Assembly: GCA_001244265.2 (NCBI GenBank) | Contig: LN717261.1 | Span: forward strand, 1,317,591 to 1,381,590 | DNA from: Microbotryum violaceum | Taxonomy: Eukaryota | Direction of reading: 5' to 3' | Length of the DNA: 64,000 nt | Shown here: positions 49,443-63,953 of the stretch, in pieces | How positions within the stretch are numbered: the stretch's first letter is position 1 | Layout: every line of letters begins with the position of its first letter | The notes under the pieces: model-generated | Told to the model about the DNA's origin: nothing | Databases searched by the model: none | Seen by the model: the letters and a program-made list of their open reading frames with translations, nothing else | Program-made: the position numbers and the translations under genes

Positions 49443-52400
49443 TCTATTCCAAGCAAGTCACGTTCTGCGCTTCCAATCCGCCCTGTGTTGCGGAAGCTGT
49501 ACGCCTGGCTCAACTTGGGTTTATAGCATTGACCGCTGTCAACCCAGGATCAGCGTTCTCCTTCCGATCCGCCTAGAAAACTCGCGTTGGCGTAATGCCC
49601 CTTACACCCTCACTGGCCACGCTGCAGGCTTCGAAGACTATTTTGCGGACAACGGGTGGTCGAAACCAGAGCATTATCCTGGACACCCATATGTGAGCAT
49701 TTGTTATCGGCTTTTTGCCATGGATTCTACCCGGACTCATTTGCTGCCCGGTTGTGGAGCTCAGGATAAAGAGCTGAGGAAGCAATGGCAGCGGGCGATT
49801 GACGAGTTTTGCGCCATCGAAGCATCTGAGCACGACGTTGGCGACTTTCTCTTGGGCACCGCCGACGCGCTCGCCAACAAATGCCCAGCATGCTTCGGGC
49901 CGAAACGGCTCAACCGACCCCATCACACCCTCCAACTGGATTATATGATCGCGCTCGACGGCAACTTCCAGCAAACCCGAGAAAATAATGCGACATACGA
50001 CGTCCAGGGAATAGTGCCGAGCTTGTTTCTGTCTGATAAAGCCGTCCTGGACATGAAAGCACTCGTCAAGAATACAGCGCGGCCAACGAAGAAGGTGAGG
50101 AGCGTGATGTATTTGCGTTCTACCTTGAATACTGAGTAATATCGCTCCGGCCCCGTCGGAAGGCGTGCACAGAGTCGTGGAAGGCTGCTGACGGGGGCGC
50201 TGGTCGAGTCTCGTCACGCAAGATCGATACAGGACTTGTCGCCGGCGTGTGCCGCCATGATATCGCCCTAAAAATGGTGAATCTTGAGAAGACCGGCGAA
50301 AAGTGAGTGTATTGAGCTTATGTTCCTCTACTCCAACTTGCATTTTTACTTTCACTGCTCATGCTCATGCCTGCCTGCGCTCCAATCACCTAGGCTGTAC
50401 TTCGCTTTAGCCATTGTCAAGCACATCTCGGACCATCTCCCCCAGATGCTAGGATTGGAGTTTTGTACGACATCGCTTGTAGTTTCAAGCACCACATTGA
50501 GAAGGTTTGCATTGACCACCTCGGCTCGGGCCCCTCCGATATGTCGTTGCTGATCATATGGGCTTTGTGTTTCAACCTTTTCAGAGGCATCTTCTGCCTG
50601 AGCTGTTTGAGCGACCCGAGTTTGCCACAAGTGTCTTCCATGCATACGCCCATACCTGGGGTTGCCAGGTTGACTACAACCCCCGTCTTATCCCGAAGTT
50701 TGGATTCACTGATGGAGAAGGTTGTGAGCGACTATGGAGCGCGCTGCGCTCCCTCATCCCCATCAATCGCCCATCAAATAAGTCCCACCGCCTCGTCAAT
50801 TTGGCGGTCCGCACGCAGGCAGTGAATGACGCGAACGTCTCAAGGCTTGGTCAGTGCTCTGCAGTCGCCGCTTCGTCTTTCGCCGTATTGACTCTTTGCA
50901 ACAACTAGGGTCCTGGTTCACCCGCCGGCTTCGCTCAGCCAAGGCTCGGAGCACTGCTGCTCGAAAGGAACTTGAAGCCGTTATCGCCCACGATGCCACC
51001 TGGTCCGAGGAGGCGCTCCGCGTCGCTTGGCAAGACCAGCGACGAGCGCAAGCGTCGAAAACGGCTGCGCAGGAAGCTGAGGAAGATCGTTTGAGGGAAA
51101 GCAAGCTTTATAAACTTGCTGAGGAACTTTACAGGATTGACTGCATCATTTACGTGCTTGGTGCTAACTACTGGAGCTTGAACTTGTCCTTCGTTCTCAC
51201 TGACTCATCATCTTGCTGAGCAGTGACGAGTCTGAACCAGAAGCGCTTGTGGGGCTGAATTCGAAGCACGATCGTCTTGCAAGGGAGATCGATCAAGCAG
51301 CAATTGTCCAACTGTAAAGAAGTGGGACCGGCATCTCGTCCACAGGTTGGCCTTAATTCTCTTACTTAATTTTCCCTGTTCCTGATTGCGATGACGTGCC
51401 TATTTGCTTCACAGAGCTTCGTCACTTGTGCCAGTGTTCTGTTGCGCTGCGCAAGCTTCATCGAGAAGTGATTGCCTACAAAACTAGCCGTGAAATATTG
51501 CTGTCGACGCGTCGCGGCAGGGGCGGGTCAACACTTGGCCAGAGAGAGGCCAACAAAGCTCGCAAAACGGAAGTCAAGACTCACTCTGGCGCTGAAAAGG
51601 CACGTAATGCATACAACAAGGCTGTCAACGCGTTTCGAACGGCAGGCGGATCATCACCATCGCACGTCCTCAACAATCTTCCATCAGTCGGTAGCCTAGC
51701 ATCGATTCTTGATCTTGAAGACACAGATCTCTTCTGGCAAGACGGGTTTTTCCCGCATGTTGACGCTGCTTGGGCCACCGATCCGTGGGTTAAGCGGGGC
51801 ATCGTTGCTGTGCGTGACCTGGATCGAGCTGCGGAGGAGTTCGCTCGGATTGGCGCCGAGGTGCGACAAACCCTTGCTTGGCTCGAAGACGAGCACGACC
51901 TCATCTCTAGTCGCCAAGCACTTTGGCTAAGCGCGACAGGTCAGTTGTCAGTCGAAAGTTACTCCACTGGTCTAGATGCTGATACCTTTTTTGATAACAT
52001 AAATAGATTCCGCTCCAACGATTTATGACCATGATCGTGTTGAACGCGCATTTGGCAGTACCGTCTACGCAACGATCCGGGACCGTGCCCTCGTCATTCT
52101 GGACGCTCGGATGAGGTCTCTTCAAAAGCGCGAACGAGACTGGTTCCGCGATAGCACTTTCTTACTGCTGTGGTACACGACCAGAGGACCAGCGGATACG
52201 CACGAACCAGTCCCTCGAGCTCTGAAGCGTCTCACCCCGCAACTGCTGTTGAACCCGGGCAACGTCTCCAATACGACAACAGCTACTGGAGCTGGCGCGC
52301 GTAGTGTTGCGTCTCGGGAGGACGCATCGGGCGCCTATGCAGCGCCGTCCGAGTCGTTCCGGACCACCGATGACGATCGTCTGCTCGCGCGGCGCATCAC

Positions 52401-52566
52401 GGAGCAGCTGGATACTGACATGAATGTAGAAGGCGCAAAGTCTTTGCATGATCTGACGGTCCAGATGCTGGAGTCGCAAGAGGGCATGCTATACGATTCG
52501 GACAGCTCTGATAATCTGGTTCCCGACGAGGAGCGTTCTTTGTCGGACTCTGACTCGGAAGGATGA
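49443..52566 (+). pseudogene. Kyakuja-Dileera-Zisupton (KDZ) transposase, CxC1 type, central and C-terminal part
   Basis: VTFC..VRLAQLGFI..AFS, CPACFG, IALDGNFQQ, YDIACSF, FHAYAHTWGCQVDYNPR and FGFTDGEGCERLWS motifs, helical C-terminus; introns and frameshifts. Confidence 0.92.
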
Positions 52567-54525
52567 AATGTGAAAAACACTGGCTGCAGTAATTTTACCA
52601 TGAGTTCGAATGATTAATGGTGTGGCGATGATTACTGCATCTGCAATAATGAACCATGACATGTCAGGCAGGGTTCAGCCCACTGTTCGGATGGTCGGAA
52701 GTAACGGGGGTGCGAACGCGCCTCTGCAGAGCGTCCTCTTATCAAGGGGAACATGGCTCGGAGGTTCCTCTTGCCCGAGTCGAGTGACTTTTTCACTCGA
52801 AGCGCCAGTTGTTACTCGAGTAACTGAAGCACGAACCTTGTCAACATGAGTGAGCAGGTCCCTTCGGTATGACCAACATATCTCCTGTCGTTAGGTGGGG
52901 TTCAATCGCAATACTCGGATGTACGCACGAGCGTCATCCTACGGGAACAAGGGTCGGAGGTTCCCCTTGCCCGAGCCATGTTCCCGTGAGCACTGCACCT
53001 GAAGGCGCCTGTTGCCACCCCTTCCTCAGAATTGAGTACAATTTTGCTAGAAGCATAGCTCCTTGTGGGCACTGTCGCATGTTCTATGCGTCTCGACTTG
53101 TGCTGACATCACCCGGGAGTTGAAGCTGAAATTTCAAGGCTCAGCTCAAGTTGCCGCCTTGGAGAGGCCACTGTGGGATCACTCCGATTGAGTCCGAAGT
53201 GATACACTCCGGGGAAATCCTTGCAATTCGAATTGGTTTCTCACTGGTCATGGGTATCGAAGAGCCCATGCGTCATCAGTGAGTAAGTTCACTGCCTGCT
53301 ATTGGGCCGGCCGGCGCATTGCGTCGGTGACTCCGAGCCTCACTACGCGCTCTCAGCAGCGGACAGGACGTTGAGAGGAGCTGAAGGAGCGAAATGTGTG
53401 CAATTTCTACTCTTACAAAGCAGACAAAGCAGAATAAGGCAGCCAAGCTAATACCTGTGGCCGTTAGCCAGTGTGCTGAAAGCATTCCTCCGACTTTTTC
53501 GAAGGTTTCTTGGTACTAAAATAATTGTGCTGTTAATGAGATCTATTCAATAAAAACTAGTATTCTGGCGTCGCTTAAGGTCTCGTGGCGCCGGCCGCCG
53601 GCAGTAACTTCGGATGTTTCCAATCCGTTGTGAACATCTAAATTTTGTTTTCAACACACCGAAATCGCTTTGCGACAAAATCTGAACCCTTCCATCGACT
53701 TTCAACCGGAGTTTGAGTCGCTTTTGAGGAGCTGCAATTTTTGTGGCGTCGCCGCAGTCCCACACCAGCCGGGATCCGCCAAGTTACTCCTTGACAATGC
53801 TCATAAAGTAATATGAATGCGACAAACCAATTCTCTTTTGGCATGGACAGGCATCCACATGTCAGTCTGCAAGGACGAAGGAGCGGCGACTGTGAGTTAC
53901 CCGTCGGAGTCCCGGGCCCACTCACTGGAGTCCCAGCAAGATGGGGTGTAATATTTGTAATAGGCGGCCAATACGAGACGTGCGATTTGCTACATACTGA
54001 GCGTGAGCAGCGCCACTTGGATCGGATGCTACTAGGAACGGCGAGGTTCCCTGACAGTGTTCCTCTCACACTTCAAACCCTAGTAATGATGATTTCAACT
54101 TTAGCACGAAAGGTCGCCTGGTACTTTGGAGTTGAGAAGACCGGCTCGCCTTCCAGACTGAGTTGATTGGACAGATCAGATGAAGCGAAACGTAGGGACC
54201 CCCGTGGCAATTACCTGATGCCCACACCGCGTGAAACACTTTCGGACGAGGCACGACATGCTTGTGGGTTCAACTCGGGGCAAGCACTTGAGCATGGACC
54301 GTCATACTCGGTCGCTAGTCGTCATAATGAGAGATCGGATAAGACTTTTTTGGCCGTGCGCTAGTGTAAAATGATCTCGAAACACCTCGAACACCTCGAA
54401 TACTCAGTGCGGAAATCCGGAACTGCGTATGTCAGAGCGCACTTAGAGAATTGCGGATCCAGAGCGATCTATTTCGGAGGACGCAGAGCACGCTACAATC
54501 CGAAATTTTCAAAAAACGTAGCATT

Positions 54526-56419
54526 TCAGTATTCTTGTTCTGCGGAAGCAGCAGAGGTATCATTACGGTGAACATCATGCAGGATACGCTCGCGGCTTTG
54601 GTGCACTACAGGCACAATCCTTAGCGCACTAAGTCCAGTGACTAAGTCATCTTGCTTCGCCCAGCGGCATCCGCTCGTTGTATCTTCCAACTCAGCCCTA
54701 CACTTCATGTCCGTCCCAGCGCGCTGGCTCATTTCGGCGTCGAGACCTGCTGCCCTAAGCTCTAAGAGTGCTCGTCGGAATCGGGGCGGCTCACCGCGCT
54801 GCCATCTTGGTCGTTGGCAGGGATAGCTGCACCATCTTCATCTTCTGCATCCGCTAGTACCTCTTTCGTTAGCCTGAATCTCAACTCTCCTGCACGCAGC
54901 AGGGGAATGATACGATCTAAGTCGGCTCCCGACATTTTTGGCTTGCCCATGGGGCTGGCGAAGTCCGTCTCCAAGTTGGGGCTCGGGCCGCATTCAACTA
55001 CGATACTGGCCTGTTGCATGAGCGCGGTTGGGTCGTACACCAACCTGGGAGGTTTGTTCTTGTTTTCGTGCCCTTGGTTCTTGGTACGTCGCTTCACGGC
55101 ATCATCTGCACCGAGAAGAAGACTCATCGTTAGTAGTCAACAAGTGAGCAGCAACTGAAATCTCGATTAGAACATAGTCCACACAGAAAAGTTTTTTCAC
55201 GATCGTGCTGTACCACGAGGCTTTTGTTGCAAGATTCGCTTCCGTCAGTGGCGCCTCCCGAACTGCGTGACAGCGTAATGGACATCAATCAGCAAGTGAC
55301 AATAGTCTGTCGGCGCGTGCACCTACTGACCAGCTGCTTCCAATTCGGCCTTTTTCTCCTCCAAGAACGCTCTAACGGTAACGCAATCCGCGAAGTCGGA
55401 GAGCAGCTGTCTTGAACCCAAATTATCGCCCCAGTCTTGTCGATAGGCAAAGGCCAAACCACCGGGGCTCGCGACCATGAAACGCTCCTTATTAAGTTCA
55501 GGAAGATCAGAAGAGACCACAGCAAACAATTGGAGTCCATATTTTTGCGCATATGAAGTGCTCTGGGTTGGTTTTGAGGGTGTTATGATCCTTTCAGTTA
55601 GTTTACTGTGAGCAGTATCAAATTGAGCTTGGACTCACCATGGTTTCCAACGCGGCCTGCATGCATCGGCGCGCTTTCTTAATGGCTTCGTGACTCATCG
55701 GTTTGTTTCGGGCGATCTTGATGGAGGATGAACTTTCGGTCGCTTGCGTTACTTGCGTCGCTTCCTCACGCTCCAAGGCAAGCGCCGCGTCAAACCTCGT
55801 CATCAACTCTGCGTCATCCTTTATGTTGTTCCAATATGGCTTTGCGAGCTTAACCCTCTTCACCAAATTGGTCGGCACTAAAGCGGACCAACCCAGCCCG
55901 TTAGTTCAACAACAGCGTAGTGCAATGCTATGCTAGAATTTAGCACCAGGTAGTCAAGAGCTGTGCCTACCTTCCAATCCATCTTGAAATGCCAGCGATT
56001 CGAAGTACTTGCTCTGCACAAAGTCATTCCAACAAGTGGGAGAGCCAAGGCGAGTCACGGGCGCAACAATGCTCCTCAAATAATCGAGTCGAATATTGTG
56101 TCGGATACAATACTCGAGCTCTTCGTCAAGTCTTCTCTGGGCCCATTGCTCGTGCATAAGTCGTTCGGATTTACGACAGTTGCGCTTAGGGATAGCCTTG
56201 CATTGTTCGTGGAGGCTAAGGGCCCATCGGCCTCTTCGCTGGCGTCAAAGGCGAAACTGCGGTCGGCACGGTGGCAACAGGGACTTGGACGGGGGCGAAC
56301 TGTTGATCCGCGGCGGAAAGTGGTGATGCATGCATTGTCGGGGTGCTTCCATCTACTGATGAGAAATTCGGCGAGGATTGCAGGACGCCCGACGATGTAT
56401 TGGCTTCGTCCATTGGCAA
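54526..56419 (-). CDS. Multi-exon passenger gene inside the KDZ element, unknown function (integrity uncertain)
   Basis: Consecutive minus-strand ORFs 55954-56157, 55618-55878, 55323-55529, 54762-55127 and 54526-54732 are separated by intron-like gaps; contains a helical WNDF motif. Confidence 0.5.
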
Positions 56420-57449
56420 TTGAAGGGGGTCAGGCAGCAGGCGATGCAGGTGATGCAGGCGATTGGCGGCGGAATCGGCGGGACAGGAGGGTCGATTTGA
56501 TGGGTACCCTGTGCTAGTTGTGCTGCCTAGGACAGGGAGGTGGTATGGGAAGGCGGACGCTTGGCTACCCGACTCGAGCGAATAAATTGGATAATCGATG
56601 TTTGCGAACGCGGGAGCGTCAAGCGGTCGGCTGGGCGGCGCAGGACTTGGATGGTACGCATCATATTACTCGCTAGACGAAATCGTATTGGAAGAGAACA
56701 TCGTACAGGCAGAGCTTGGAAGGCGAACAGGGAAAGGTCAGAATGACACGGTGCTGCATTAAACCAATCAAACCGCGCGTCGACGACCGCGCAGCCGCAC
56801 TTCCACCACGCACCCAGAGACTTGTTTGTGAATGATTATCCAGGAGGGAAGGAGCCCGCAATGTTCCGAGGCCACGCGATGAATGCATAGTTAAGACGTG
56901 GATGTCAGCAGGCCCTCAGAAGCTCGTTCTCTGGTAAAGCGGGGACGACAATCGCCGGACATACACGTGGGGCTTGTCGAGCGCCGAAGCGTGAAAACTT
57001 GGTATGAGTTGGCGATGTGAAAGGATCACAAGATCAATGGAGATCAACGAGAGACATGACGTGTATGCGGTTCGGCGATTGAGGACGAGGATATTCGCGG
57101 TGAGACCAATGGGTCTCGTGTTGAATGTACGGGCGAGATGGGGCCTAAAAACAACAGCTGTCAACGTATCAACAACGCACGACACGCGTCGATTCCGTCA
57201 GGTTCGGACGGCGCGCAACCTCGCGCAACCCGCGTCAGATCACGTGTTGCACTGGGCCAGACATACCACGGCTTCAGCAGTGCTGAGGCGTTAATGGATA
57301 TACCTGGACTTCAACAAGCTTTTCTATAAGCTCTACAAGCTTCCCCCGTCAATGACTTACGTTATAGGGCCAAGCCGGAAAATCATTTCCGGATCAATTG
57401 TAATGACTCTAAACCTTAAGCTTTGCGAGCTTGTTCCCGCGTGCTTCTC

Positions 57450-57717
57450 GTCTAAACATTTAGAAAATTACGTGCGGTTATTGATTCAACTCGAAACCAA
57501 TCTTTGCTTCTTGTTATCTGCTGGAACTACTCATGTCGTCATATGATCAAGTTAGTGGTCTAAACGGACTTGGAAGAGGTAGACGGGCCTGTCCCGGCGC
57601 CGAGTTGCTCTCGTCGGTAGCGGTGTGCCACCGGGCCCAGGTCGCCTATTTGCATAGATTTTTCCGGCCGCGCGGCGGCGCTACTAAGACTGGTTACTTT
57701 TTAGCCTGCCTGAGGTG
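57450..57717. repeat. 268-bp terminal repeat of the KDZ element (right TIR)
   Basis: Matches 7729-7996 and is followed by AACTTCCC. Confidence 0.85.
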
Positions 57718-58429
57718 AACTTCCCCCACCTTTCCGCCAACTTCCCCCACGCCTCTGCTAACTTTGCCAACTTCATGCCTAATCGGGCCGCAAGCGGGCC
57801 TCAAGCGGGCGCGCGCGCCTGAAGTTGGCGAAGTTGGCACTCCCTGGACACCGCCAGCGCCCCGAAGAGGGCCGAAGTGTTAAGTTGTGACCAGAGGTCA
57901 CTGGTGATTCGTGAGGCGGCACGAGCCGGATCGTTTCGAGGAGGTTGCAAGGCAGGACGGCGTTGCAGTGGACTCCCAGGTGGAGAAGTCGCGAGGCGAG
58001 CGGACGCGCTCTGGCGGGCGGCCGCAGCGTAGCCGAGCGATCTGTTCTCTACGGAATCTCAGCAGTCTGATTGGTGAGATGAAACGATAGAGAAGAGGGA
58101 AAGAGGCGTGAGAGTGCGCGAGTCTGGCAAGGTTCTGGCAAGGGCGCGCGCAAAGAGGACCCCTGAAAGCCCAGCCAGAGGCGCATGCGGAAAAACGCCC
58201 TTTTTTGGCCTTTTTGTCAAAGTTTTTTACCCTATTTTGGCCCCAAAATGTCAAAATTTCGCATGCGCCTCGGAAATATTATCAAAATGTGTTCTACATG
58301 CTCCAAAAATCGCTCAAAAGTCCTCGAAAACGCGTTCCGAGCGTTTGCGGGCGCGCCGCGGCCTATCGAAAGTGGCTTGCGGCGCGCGTCACTTCGGCTG
58401 GTGTTGCGCGTGGCTCCAGGCTTCAAACA

Positions 58430-61400
58430 AGCCTTCCTTGCTTTGCTGGCTGGCTCGCTGCTTCGTTGTCAGACTTCCTTTTTGCTGAAGTTGAGCTCAT
58501 TGTTTCCGCGGTGGCATTTGTGCGACTTGTAGAGGTTCTGCCGGCGGCATCTCGCAGGCCGGGCACGCTCCGAAGGGCGGCAAAGCTTTGCTCGGCATGT
58601 GCGCTCGTGCTGATTAGGCGCTCGTCCGGGTAACATGAGGTAAGGTCCGTGTTTGAACGATATGTAGTCGTTGACGGGCCTAATGACTCGATGACCTGTC
58701 GACCATCAATCATGCGGAACGGCATAGTGCCATCAATGAGGTGTGTGGAATAGCATGTTTTCTTGATGAGGCGAAGCTCCTGTACGACGACATTTGAGAG
58801 TAGAACCAACGAGGCGAGCGTGTCTTGGTTGCAGTGGTTTGATGTCACTTTGCTGTAGACGTCTCGCACTGTAGGACACAAGACTTGTGTCAAACGAGAA
58901 CTTCACAGCTCAACTGCCACTCAAAACAATGTACCAATTCCGATAGACAGCGCTTCTTCTCCATAAGCAGTTTGATCGCAGCTGAGTGAATGCATGCCAC
59001 GCTTGAGGCCAAAGCAGATCAGAGATCCAATCTCCAATGGTGTGGCAGCGGTTACAGCTCCGTCAAGCGATCCAAAATGAGGATAGCGTTGTGCTAGCGC
59101 TTCGTACTGCTTGTCTCTCTCAGGGAGCTTTTCCTAAAAGTATAGGACCGGCAAAACATTAGATCCAGCTGCCTTCGTTCCTAAATTCAGCAACAACTCA
59201 CTTGAATGCGGCCGTCCTCAATATAGGCGTTCTTCTGCATCTCGTTTGTTGTGAGCGCTCGGGCCACCTGGCCACCTCCAGTCCAGCGAAAGCTCCTTGC
59301 GGTGCCCGCAATGTCTTCGAAGCGAGATGGTCCCATGGACTACACCAACCCTTTCAAGACGCGTGAATGTACTGCACTGCGTCCTTGCTCTGTATTGCTA
59401 ATCTCTAAGCCTGCCTCTCCGTGACTTGTGTCGCTCAATTCCATTGGCCTCCCTTTGAGTAGAACAGCTCTGAGGTGGCTACACTCATGAGCAGCTCGGT
59501 GGGCAATCAAGCTGGCCCAGTTCAGCGAGAAACTGGTATCGCGAGCATCAACAAGAGGCGGAAGTTTCAAGTGTGTAGGCTGTATAGTACCGAAGATGCA
59601 TGAGTTCAGATCGAAATTACGCTAGTTAAGCTTGGTAGACGCACGATTGGACGTAATGAGCTGTTTGCCTTCTCAATGGTCTCGAGTACGTAGCGTTCCT
59701 CAGCTTGTCTGTCAGCTTCGTCGTAAGCGATTTGCACGTCAAGTCTGGCCAATGAGAAAGGAGAACAATATGAGGTCCGGATTAAAAGGTAGAAGAACGC
59801 TTCAGCGCACGTGGCACAGTGAAGTGTCCACTCACAAGGCTGCCTCAACGTCAAAGTCCAGAGCTGCAAGCGATCGAATTGCACGGTCGACAACTTCCCG
59901 CTCGTTTGGGTCCAGTTTCACAACACCTTGGCACGTGCTACGCCGCATGCCATCAAGAGCAAAATCCAGCAATTCGGTGCGGAGCAGACCTTGATCTTCC
60001 TTGGTAGGATGATGGTCTTCAAGATCTACTTCAAGTGGGCATGGTATCCCGTGTCAGATACGCATCACTTGTAGACCAAGTCGTTCGGAGCTCCATACCT
60101 TGAACTGTTGTGCCATGGGCGAGTACGTCCTCGACGAGTATGTCAGGTTGCCGACCTTGGTTGCGTCTGTTGGACGCGATGCGTTGCACAGGCTCCCACA
60201 TGCGTAAACCTGAAAGCAGTTCACGCGCAGTATTTGCCGCTGCAAAACTGGTGAGAGAGATGTCGCCATCACTGGGGTACGTTCGCATCGCAACAAGGTC
60301 AAGATCGTTGAGGTCGTTGTAGGTATGATGGTAGCCTTGACGTGATCCCGCCGCCTCGGTCTTAAACTTCCTCATGAGCTCCAAGAGTGCAGTGACTTTG
60401 CCAGTTGCCTGTCGAATTCTAGTCGGGTTAACTACTGTATAGTTTAGATTGATTTATGAAGAACGCACCTGCAAGAACTCTAAAGCATCGAACTCCTTTA
60501 CAATCTGGCGTATACCCCGAAGAAGTGCTCCACCATTTCTGTGCCATGCCGCCAGGGAATGAACGATTCCTTCGGCCAAAAATCTCGGTAGTTGCGGACG
60601 AGAGCAATCGTTGAGTCAACCATCTTCCTGACCCCATCAAGCGTTTCTTTGGCGAGGAACGAGTGCGAGCTATATCCTGGACGACTTCGGGCGAAGTTAT
60701 ACCACGCTTCGAACGTATACCTGACAACGAGCAACATCCTGATACGTTCAAGGGGCTGAAGCGACCGATTCTGGATGGCATCGTGTAACTCGCCACATAG
60801 GAATAGGTATACGACCGCATCGGGGTCGAGTTTTTTGTCTTCAGCGAGTTCGGTTACGAGTTCGAGCGTCGCCTTGGAGAATGCCCGATGTGTTGCATTG
60901 TCGTCTTGACGATCACGCCCGACCACATCACGACGAGACGGAGTACGACGCGACTCCATTCCTTCCAGGATAGTGAGCATATCCTGGTAGGCAATGCATC
61001 CGAGATCACCGGACAGCAATCTTGCTCCAGAGTCGATAGCGTTCCTCAGACATTTGGCCAGGTGTTTTTCGTCCCGACAGAAGACTATCGGCGTAGAAGA
61101 CTATCGGCGTTCCCGCGACGTTGACGGTCGATATAGTGATCTCAGGAAACACTCCGTCCGGATCTGGGCAGGGGAGGGTGTATGATGACGCGTTCCTTGA
61201 TCCGGTTTGAGCAACAGCGCCACCCTGATCGCGCAGAAGGACGGCAACATTACGTTGCAGCACACCCTCGCTTGCCGCACCATCTGCGGAGATGGATACC
61301 AGAAGGTGTGCGACGCAACGTTTTATTAAATCTTGTATCACTGAATGTAACTGTTTGGTCGCGTCCTCCGCGTTCGTAGTTTCGCCGATCACAAAAGCGG

Positions 61401-63953
61401 CAAACACCTGTGCTGGGGAGCCAACATCGTTCGGTGCTATCATGTAAGCTCGGATCTGAATGAAGAGGCGACACATGTTAAAAGGATCATGGAAATGAAG
61501 TACAAACTTAAAAGCATCGTTGCCACTCACTTTGGTTCCAGCAACCGGGGGGTCAGGTCCGCTGAACATATCAGGGAGTTCACCCGGAGTTTCGTAGATG
61601 CGTGGCGGACCAATTGATCCGATCAGCTCGTGGCGGAATATGCCCTTCGTACGTAGTTCGCGCTCTAAACTGAGGTCTTCTGAGTAGTATGGAGTGGTTC
61701 GCATCCTGGATCGACACTTCGTGTCGTCTACGTTCAAATTGAACGTTAGGCCGTCTGCTTCGAGTTTCGCGCAGACACGATCCATGTTGGACTTGTCGAG
61801 GCCGAGGCGCATCCTGCCTGATGTCGCTCGGTCCATTCTGCAAGCACCTCGATCATTCAGTATGAGGTTGAATTGAAGGAACGAAAGAATAACGGTACTC
61901 ACTGCAGTTTTCGGCTTGTGGATGCGCCGATTGTAGCCTGCAGCACTCTCAGAGCCATCGGAGACGCCAGCGCCATGGCTTGCTCGAAGTCACGCAGCGC
62001 TTCGGACCGCACAAAGCCTCGCATTGATTTGCCCTTGACCATCCGATCGTGCTTGACCGTAGCCGCTTTCACCAATCCCTCCAAGATGTTCGCTCCGTCA
62101 AATTCTCCTGAGGCCACACCTTGCGCGAATCGTAGATACACGGTCCCTTGACCGTTGTCATCCAGGATCTCTTCTAGTCCATGATGTCGCCGGTAGATGG
62201 CCGAGAGAAGTGTATCGCCCGCGACATATTTCTTGTTGGTGTATTTGCGAGTTGCGCCAGCAGCATATTGACGTCGAAGAGCTGCTCGACAGGATGAATC
62301 CTTAGGAAGCCTCGCGCATTCTTCACACGGTAAGCTTGGTCCGTCCTTGTTGATCGAATCTCGAGCGCTATACTTGCGACAATTCACACTGATGATGCGC
62401 GGTGCTCGATGATCGTTGCGCCACTTCCATTCATTCGCTTCCAATTTGTCCACCTCCTTCCTCTCGAGCTCCGTCATTGGTCGTTTACCAATTTTGGGAT
62501 AGAGGCGCAAACAAAGCGTCCGTCAAGGAGGGGCCCCGCCACCCTGCGCCGCAGTTGATGAAAGATAATGCATCGCCGTTTCAGACGTAAGGCCGGGGCA
62601 CGGTCCTAGCGAGGGGCTGGTAGCAGTTGAGCCAGAGGCGATAGGTCTGAAGAAATTGCTGATGGGTTGGAGGTTGACACACTTCTTATTGCCGAGATGT
62701 AATTGAAATCGTGCCTTGCACAGCAAGGCCGCCATTGGAACCAAGACATAACAACGTCCACACCGCACGTACTTTGGATTGTTGACGTCGACATTCGATC
62801 CCGGGCAAAGATCTTCGACTTTTTCAGCAAACCTCCTGAAAAGAGGCGGATGGTCGCGAGCCCACGCCGTATGCTCCTCGGGGTGAGCTCTCGAGCTTTC
62901 GTCGGCTTCGATGCCTTGGTGAAGGTCGTTTGAAGTCGAGAAGTTGGCGGGTTTTTTGAGGATGATGCGACTCGTTGATTTGTTGGCTTGATTGTCGCTG
63001 CCTTGCCGGACTCTGCCGACGTGCTCTTGCTGCTCAGTGTTCCGGCAGCGGATCCCCTCCCAGACTTTGCCTTTGATTTTGCGCCCGTGGCAACGATGGA
63101 TTCGATCTCTTTGGGATCCTCGACAGCACCAACCAGAGAGGATAAACGACAGAATTGACGGAGCCGTGACATGTGAGCGCGCGCTGCGTTGAATGACCCA
63201 ATCCCGAGCACCTCCGTCTCCACTGCATTGATCGTAGCCGGCCCGCACGAGTAGCTGTCTTCCTGTTGTTCCGCCTTAGGAGTATGAGGGAACTCGTTTT
63301 TGATGTCCAGCTTCAGAAATTTGAATAGCGTAAGGACGGCCGTCCGAGTAGCCGCGGTGATCGGAGTGGCGGAGAGTGAGTTGATCACAGACCATGTCCG
63401 CTTGTGCATGTTGATGCGGGCCAGACCCAATGGCTGTCGGAGCAGAGGGGTAGAAACCAGATTGACTTTGACGTCGGCGTGTTGCGCATGCAATCGCCTA
63501 GCTCGATGAGATTCCGATACTGGTTTGGCGGGCCGAAAAAGCAGGCTTTGAAGACCGAATGAGGATCCGAGTCGGGAGGGCGAGCCATTACCAAGGAGAT
63601 GACGGTGGAGGGTATAAGTCCATACGATGTTTCAAAATCGGGATTCTGCACTCGTCCAGCTCGAAGGACACTTTCAATTGACAAGTTCACCGCGGCTTCA
63701 CCGAGCCAATCATGACCTGGGTAGTGACGCGAATAAGCAAGTTGCCTCAGATACGAGATGAATACGAGTGGCCAGCTGAAGGATTGGTGTACTGACTTAA
63801 GAATCTCAGGAGATAAACCAAACTCGTTCCACTTGCAAGAAGAGGCAATGGTAGAAGCCCGTCTTGCTCTTGCCATTGCAATCCGTTCAGTATGCGACGT
63901 GCGACAGCGATACGGTTGCGGTCAATTTCGTTGATAACGATAATTTTGTCCAT
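58430..63953 (-). pseudogene. Large P-element-like DDE transposase gene with upstream Ulp1/C48 protease and Cys-rich modules, fragmented
   Basis: LNVDDTK (D), SISADGAASE (D), DEKHLAKCLRN (DxxH..KxxRN), DRQDD and GTEMVEHFFG (E). Upstream: WLGEAAVN, SHWV, INSL and QQEDSYSCG. Confidence 0.75.

Noticed and set aside
53600-54310. TET/JBP dioxygenase within the KDZ element
   Set aside because: Manual translation showed no HxD...H...R motif arrangement.
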